DNA of 64,000 bases from Pelagibacterales bacterium SAG-MED19 (GTDB lineage: Bacteria > Pseudomonadota > Alphaproteobacteria > Pelagibacterales > Pelagibacteraceae), in NCBI GenBank assembly GCA_014654035.1, contig JACWDQ010000005.1:2343-66342 (forward strand), written 5' to 3'. The notes beneath the pieces are model-generated. The model was given only the letters and a program-made list of their open reading frames with translations, was not told the origin of the DNA and did not search any database. Positions 60,132 through 64,000 of this stretch are shown here, piece by piece. A program made the position numbers and the translations under genes. Within the stretch, counting starts at the first letter, position 1. The number at the start of each line of letters is the position of its first letter.

Positions 60132-61457
60132 CTAGCTCCAAGGAAACGGACTGTTCGAAGTAGGGTGAAGCTCACCCTTCTCGTATCGGTTGAATCTAAA
60201 AGGTTTCAACAAGTCACTTTCTTGTCCTAAAATTTCTTTTGCCACTAATTCACCAACTCCTATCATTTTGTAACCATGGTTGGCATCTGCAATCATATAA
60301 ACATTTTCTAAAAATCTATCGAAGATTGGAAATGAGTCTGGTGTCATACATCCAAGACCACCTGATGGACCTTTTCTGTATAAATCAGATTTTCCTTCAA
60401 ATCTTTTTTGGCAATGCGCCAAAGCAGAACACCACATATCATTAAAAGCTTCTGTTGTTTGGTATTCTGGAGACTCAATTCCGTATGGATCTACATTTAC
60501 TTCATCAAAATGCTTATCAACAATGTAAGGAGACGTACCACCTTGAACACCTAAGCCTTCGATATCAGGTTTATAATAAATTCCCCAAATTTTATCTGTT
60601 ATTAATTTTTTTGTTTTATCAGAATATAAAGGAGCAGTAGAGTCTACATGAATTACTGGAGGCTGTTCGCCGTTATTCATTTTTAAAAAATCTGGCTCAA
60701 CACCAATTACACCTTCCTGTAACATCCAATAAGTCCACATGTCAGTTGTATGCATTTTGCCATCTTTACCTTTGATGTTTGCAGTTTTAGGAAGTTCAAG
60801 CATATTCCAGAAATCTCTAGCCCAAGGACCAGCTCCAATAACCACTTGTTCGCAATCTATTGTACCCTGATCTGTTTCAACTCCAGTCACAGCTTTACTA
60901 TTACTACCTCTTTTAAAACCATTAACTTTTACACCTTTTATAACTTGAACACCATTTGAAGTAGATTTGTTTTCAAGCGCCTTAATAGAGTCCTTGTTAA
61001 ATGCATATCCACCTTTTTTTTCATGAAGCACGGATGTAATTCCTTGCGCTTGCCAGTCATCAAACATTCCCTTCATGTATTTCATACAATCCTTTTCACC
61101 TTCAATGAATTCTGACTCATAGCCAATAGCTTTTTGTTGTTCGTAAATTGTTGCAACGTCTTTATGCATAACTTCTGGAGAAATTTGCAAATATCCAACA
61201 GCATTATATTTAAAAGCTTTAGGATCACTCTCCCAAACTGAAACTGAATGAGCCATTAATTCTCTCATGGCTGGTTGAAAATAATTATTTCTTACAACTC
61301 CACAAGCTATTCCGCTCGCGCCAGCAGCAATATCTTTTTTTTCTAAAACTACAATGTCACCTGGATTTTTATATGTCTCCGATAATTTCCATGCAGTACT
61401 TAACCCGTGGATACCTCCACCAATGATTACTACCTTTGCTTTTGTCGGTAATGACAT
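60132..61457 (-). CDS. FAD-dependent amine oxidoreductase (DAO / sarcosine oxidase-like, stand-alone)
   Basis: IIGGGIHGLSTA, GASGIACGVVR, MTPD..P, HGYKM.GVG. Confidence 0.85.
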   Translation of the reverse strand: MSLPTKAKVVIIGGGIHGLSTAWKLSETYKNPGDIVVLEKKDIAAGASGIACGVVRNNYFQPAMRELMAHSVSVWESDPKAFKYNAVGYLQISPEVMHKDVATIYEQQKAIGYESEFIEGEKDCMKYMKGMFDDWQAQGITSVLHEKKGGYAFNKDSIKALENKSTSNGVQVIKGVKVNGFKRGSNSKAVTGVETDQGTIDCEQVVIGAGPWARDFWNMLELPKTANIKGKDGKMHTTDMWTYWMLQEGVIGVEPDFLKMNNGEQPPVIHVDSTAPLYSDKTKKLITDKIWGIYYKPDIEGLGVQGGTSPYIVDKHFDEVNVDPYGIESPEYQTTEAFNDMWCSALAHCQKRFEGKSDLYRKGPSGGLGCMTPDSFPIFDRFLENVYMIADANHGYKMIGVGELVAKEILGQESDLLKPFRFNRYEKGELHPTSNSPFPWS

Positions 61458-61538
61458 ACAGCTATCTTTATTTTTCGTAGGACTTAAATATATAATTTTT
61501 TTTATATATAAAAAATATAAGTAAAAACTATATGACTT

Positions 61539-61889
61539 TTAAAAACTTAAATGTTTTAAAGTTTCAAGATATTGATTGAATTCATCAATAAAAGATAGAC
61601 TTGGTTTAATATGTTTTTTTCTTTGATCTCCCGATGTTTTTTCTAAGAAAAAGAAGCCTTTTTCACAAGCTTCATTTATCATTAAAGCAGATTTTGGGCG
61701 TGACGTTTTAAATAATTTTGTTTTTAATTCTTCTACTGTCAAATTTTCCTCATATTTATAGGCATGCATAACTAAAAGCATCATGTGATAGTGGGAAGGC
61801 GATTTCCGAAAAAAATAATTACTAGACATATGAGAAAGCTTCATTTGATCCTCCCAAAACTCTAATAAATCTTTAGTTGTTTTTGTCAT
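61539..61889 (-). CDS. Putative MarR-like winged-helix regulator
   Basis: LTVEEL...SRP....INE..EKGF....DQRKKHI wing pattern. Confidence 0.6.
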   Translation of the reverse strand: MTKTTKDLLEFWEDQMKLSHMSSNYFFRKSPSHYHMMLLVMHAYKYEENLTVEELKTKLFKTSRPKSALMINEACEKGFFFLEKTSGDQRKKHIKPSLSFIDEFNQYLETLKHLSF

Positions 61890-64000
61890 TAAGATCTAAC
61901 TCTAGTCTTTTTAGGGTCAAAATGAGGAAATGACACAACTTTTGCAGAAATTCTTTTTTGATGACCATCAATTTTTCCAACTTCTACCTCTGTTCCAGGT
62001 TCAGAATATTGGGTATCAATTCTACATAAAGCTATATTTTTGTTAAGAGTTGTAGATAAGCAACCACTTGTAACTATTCCAACCTGCGATCTTCCAACAT
62101 GCACACAATCACCATGGCCAGCATGTTCTTTTCCAATCAACTCCAAACCGACAAGTTTTTTTTGCGGATTAGTTTTTCTCTCTTTTAAAACTTCTTTTCC
62201 TATGAAATCTTCTTCTTTTGTTTTTAGTGGAACTGCAAAACCAATCCCGGCTTCAAAGGGATCTTGTTGACCATCAAATTCATTACCAAATAAAATTAAA
62301 CCTGCCTCAATTCTTAACTTGTCTAAAGCAGCAAATCCAGCTGGAATTAAACCTTCATCTTTACCAGCTTCCATTAGTTTATCCCAAACTTCAGGAGCAT
62401 GTTTTGGATGGCACCAAACTTCGTACCCAAGTTCACCAGTATAACCTGTTCTTGAAACAATTAGTGGAATACCTTGAAGCTCTTCAACTCTACAAATTGT
62501 AAACCTAAACCATTCTAATTCTTCTATCGATGGCTGAGTAGGAGGAGTAAAAATTAATTTTTTTAAAATTTCTCTACTTTTAGGTCCTTGAATTGAAACA
62601 TTACTAATTTGATCTGTTGAATTTTTAATATTTACTTTAAAGTTTTTTTTCTTTGCTACTTCTTTTAACCATTCACCAGCATATTCATCTCCACAAATCC
62701 ATCTAAAACCAGTTTCACTTAATCTTAATAATGTACCATCGTCAAACATCATTCCATTTTCATAACACATTGCAGAATAAACAACTTGACCTATAGAAAG
62801 TTTTTTAATGTTCCTTGTTAATGTGTAATTCATCAATTCTTCAGCATCAGGTCCAATGATTTCAAATTTTCTCAAAGAAGATAAATCTATTAAAACAGCT
62901 TTTTCTCTACATGCATTATATTCTTCAACTACACCATGTTTAGTATAATCATTAGGTAACCAAAAACCTCTAGCATCAATAAAATTTCTTGTTAATTTTG
63001 AGGTTCTTTCATAAAAACCAGAATTTCTTGTAAGTTTTTTTTCAGAGTCTGTTTTCATTCTAAAAGCAAATGATTTTGAAAATTCCTTTTTTTTGTCATA
63101 AGTTCTAACAAAAATATCAGTTGGATTCCACGAATTACATGCATCAATATCACTGGGACACGCAGTTGTTCCGATTGTTAAATCTTTTAGAGCTCTAAAC
63201 ATCACATAATCACCAGGTCTTGCAAAAGATTCATCAGAAATTACAGAGTTTAATCCTGAGGCTGAAGTATTAAAAAATAAGTTTATAGCATGCCAACCTT
63301 TTTGTTTTTGGATACCATATTTAGACATTGAATTTGTTAAATTTTCAGAACAGTTTGGGTGACCAAAATATCCCGCATCTTCATAATATTTTGAAGTACA
63401 AGCTAGGTTGAATGTGTCATGCTTGCCAACAGTATCTCTAATCACTTCAATTAAAGGTTCATGATCAGTGTCATAAAATTTTGAAAACAATCCTGGTCCA
63501 GGAAAAGTATTACCCATAAAAGTTCTTGTTGTTTGCCAATCAAGACCTTTTTCAATTTTTTTGTCTAGCTTTTTAGTATCAAATGCCACAAAATCAGAAC
63601 ACTGCCTTCCTGCTGGGCTAATAACCTGAATGTAATCACCTTCTTTAACTTGATAAGAAATTGAAGTTTCTCTATCAATATTTTTTTCATAATTCGGCTC
63701 AAAAACTGGATCAGGTATAACTGATAATTCTTTATCATTAACTATTTTAGATCTTTTGATAAATATTGTTAAATCACTAGAGGGATTTTGTTCACTTACT
63801 AACATATCATTTTGTGGTGCTGAAAAGATTATGTAGCATTTATCTTTAGATTTTATCTTAATTTTTTCCCCGCTAGGAGTGTTGTTATCAAATAGAATAG
63901 ATGATTTAGATTTATTAATATCTAAATTTCTTTTTTTTAATTGAAGATTGGTTGTTAAAGAGCTTTCATCTTGTTTCTTTAAAATTTCTTTGATAAAACT
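61889..64000 (-). CDS. tdm: DUF1989 + GcvT-domain protein, TMAO demethylase-like, partial (frame stays open to window end)
   Basis: GRQCSDF, HDTFNLAC...GHPNCS...TACPSDID (three Cys) followed by THF-binding DLSSLRKFE, SRTGYTGELGYE, LRIEAG; no in-frame stop between 63805 and 64000. Confidence 0.8.
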   Translation of the reverse strand, partial: SFIKEILKKQDESSLTTNLQLKKRNLDINKSKSSILFDNNTPSGEKIKIKSKDKCYIIFSAPQNDMLVSEQNPSSDLTIFIKRSKIVNDKELSVIPDPVFEPNYEKNIDRETSISYQVKEGDYIQVISPAGRQCSDFVAFDTKKLDKKIEKGLDWQTTRTFMGNTFPGPGLFSKFYDTDHEPLIEVIRDTVGKHDTFNLACTSKYYEDAGYFGHPNCSENLTNSMSKYGIQKQKGWHAINLFFNTSASGLNSVISDESFARPGDYVMFRALKDLTIGTTACPSDIDACNSWNPTDIFVRTYDKKKEFSKSFAFRMKTDSEKKLTRNSGFYERTSKLTRNFIDARGFWLPNDYTKHGVVEEYNACREKAVLIDLSSLRKFEIIGPDAEELMNYTLTRNIKKLSIGQVVYSAMCYENGMMFDDGTLLRLSETGFRWICGDEYAGEWLKEVAKKKNFKVNIKNSTDQISNVSIQGPKSREILKKLIFTPPTQPSIEELEWFRFTICRVEELQGIPLIVSRTGYTGELGYEVWCHPKHAPEVWDKLMEAGKDEGLIPAGFAALDKLRIEAGLILFGNEFDGQQDPFEAGIGFAVPLKTKEEDFIGKEVLKERKTNPQKKLVGLELIGKEHAGHGDCVHVGRSQVGIVTSGCLSTTLNKNIALCRIDTQYSEPGTEVEVGKIDGHQKRISAKVVSFPHFDPKKTRVRS

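Noticed and set aside
1464-62502. Many short overlapping ORFs in the track (e.g. 1464-1703, 14324-14752, 16911-17219, 36453-36785, 37907-38317, 50006-50275, 62218-62502)
   Set aside because: They lie antisense or out of frame within well-supported genes and have no recognisable motifs; treated as shadow ORFs

Overview
AT-rich, gene-dense window from a streamlined alphaproteobacterium, most likely Ca. Pelagibacter (SAR11). This is inferred from composition, tiny intergenic spacers, the alphaproteobacterial LexA boxes and gene content. Bases 1-20.5 kb are mostly core genes (dksA, umuDC, tolC, recA, alaS, icd, psd-pssA, rlmE, guaBA, panB). Bases 20.5-64 kb are mostly organic-nitrogen scavenging: a trigonelline/homarine-type ring-cleavage cassette, ectoine-hydrolase-like genes, a PotABCD-type ABC transporter, an agmatinase-family enzyme, allantoin catabolism, and a methylated-amine cluster (tdm, flavin oxidoreductase, two glutamine-synthetase-like genes, mgsABC, atypical Amt). 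I found no rRNA, tRNA, CRISPR array or mobile element. The best leads are: (1) a possible alternative dimethylamine route next to tdm; (2) a possible pathway from a cyclic amidine via diaminopropionate to pyruvate; (3) a dense regulatory region upstream of umuD with LexA, DnaA, GANTC and NrdR-like sites; (4) several small membrane proteins missed by the ORF track. All functional calls come from motif recognition by eye; no database search was run.
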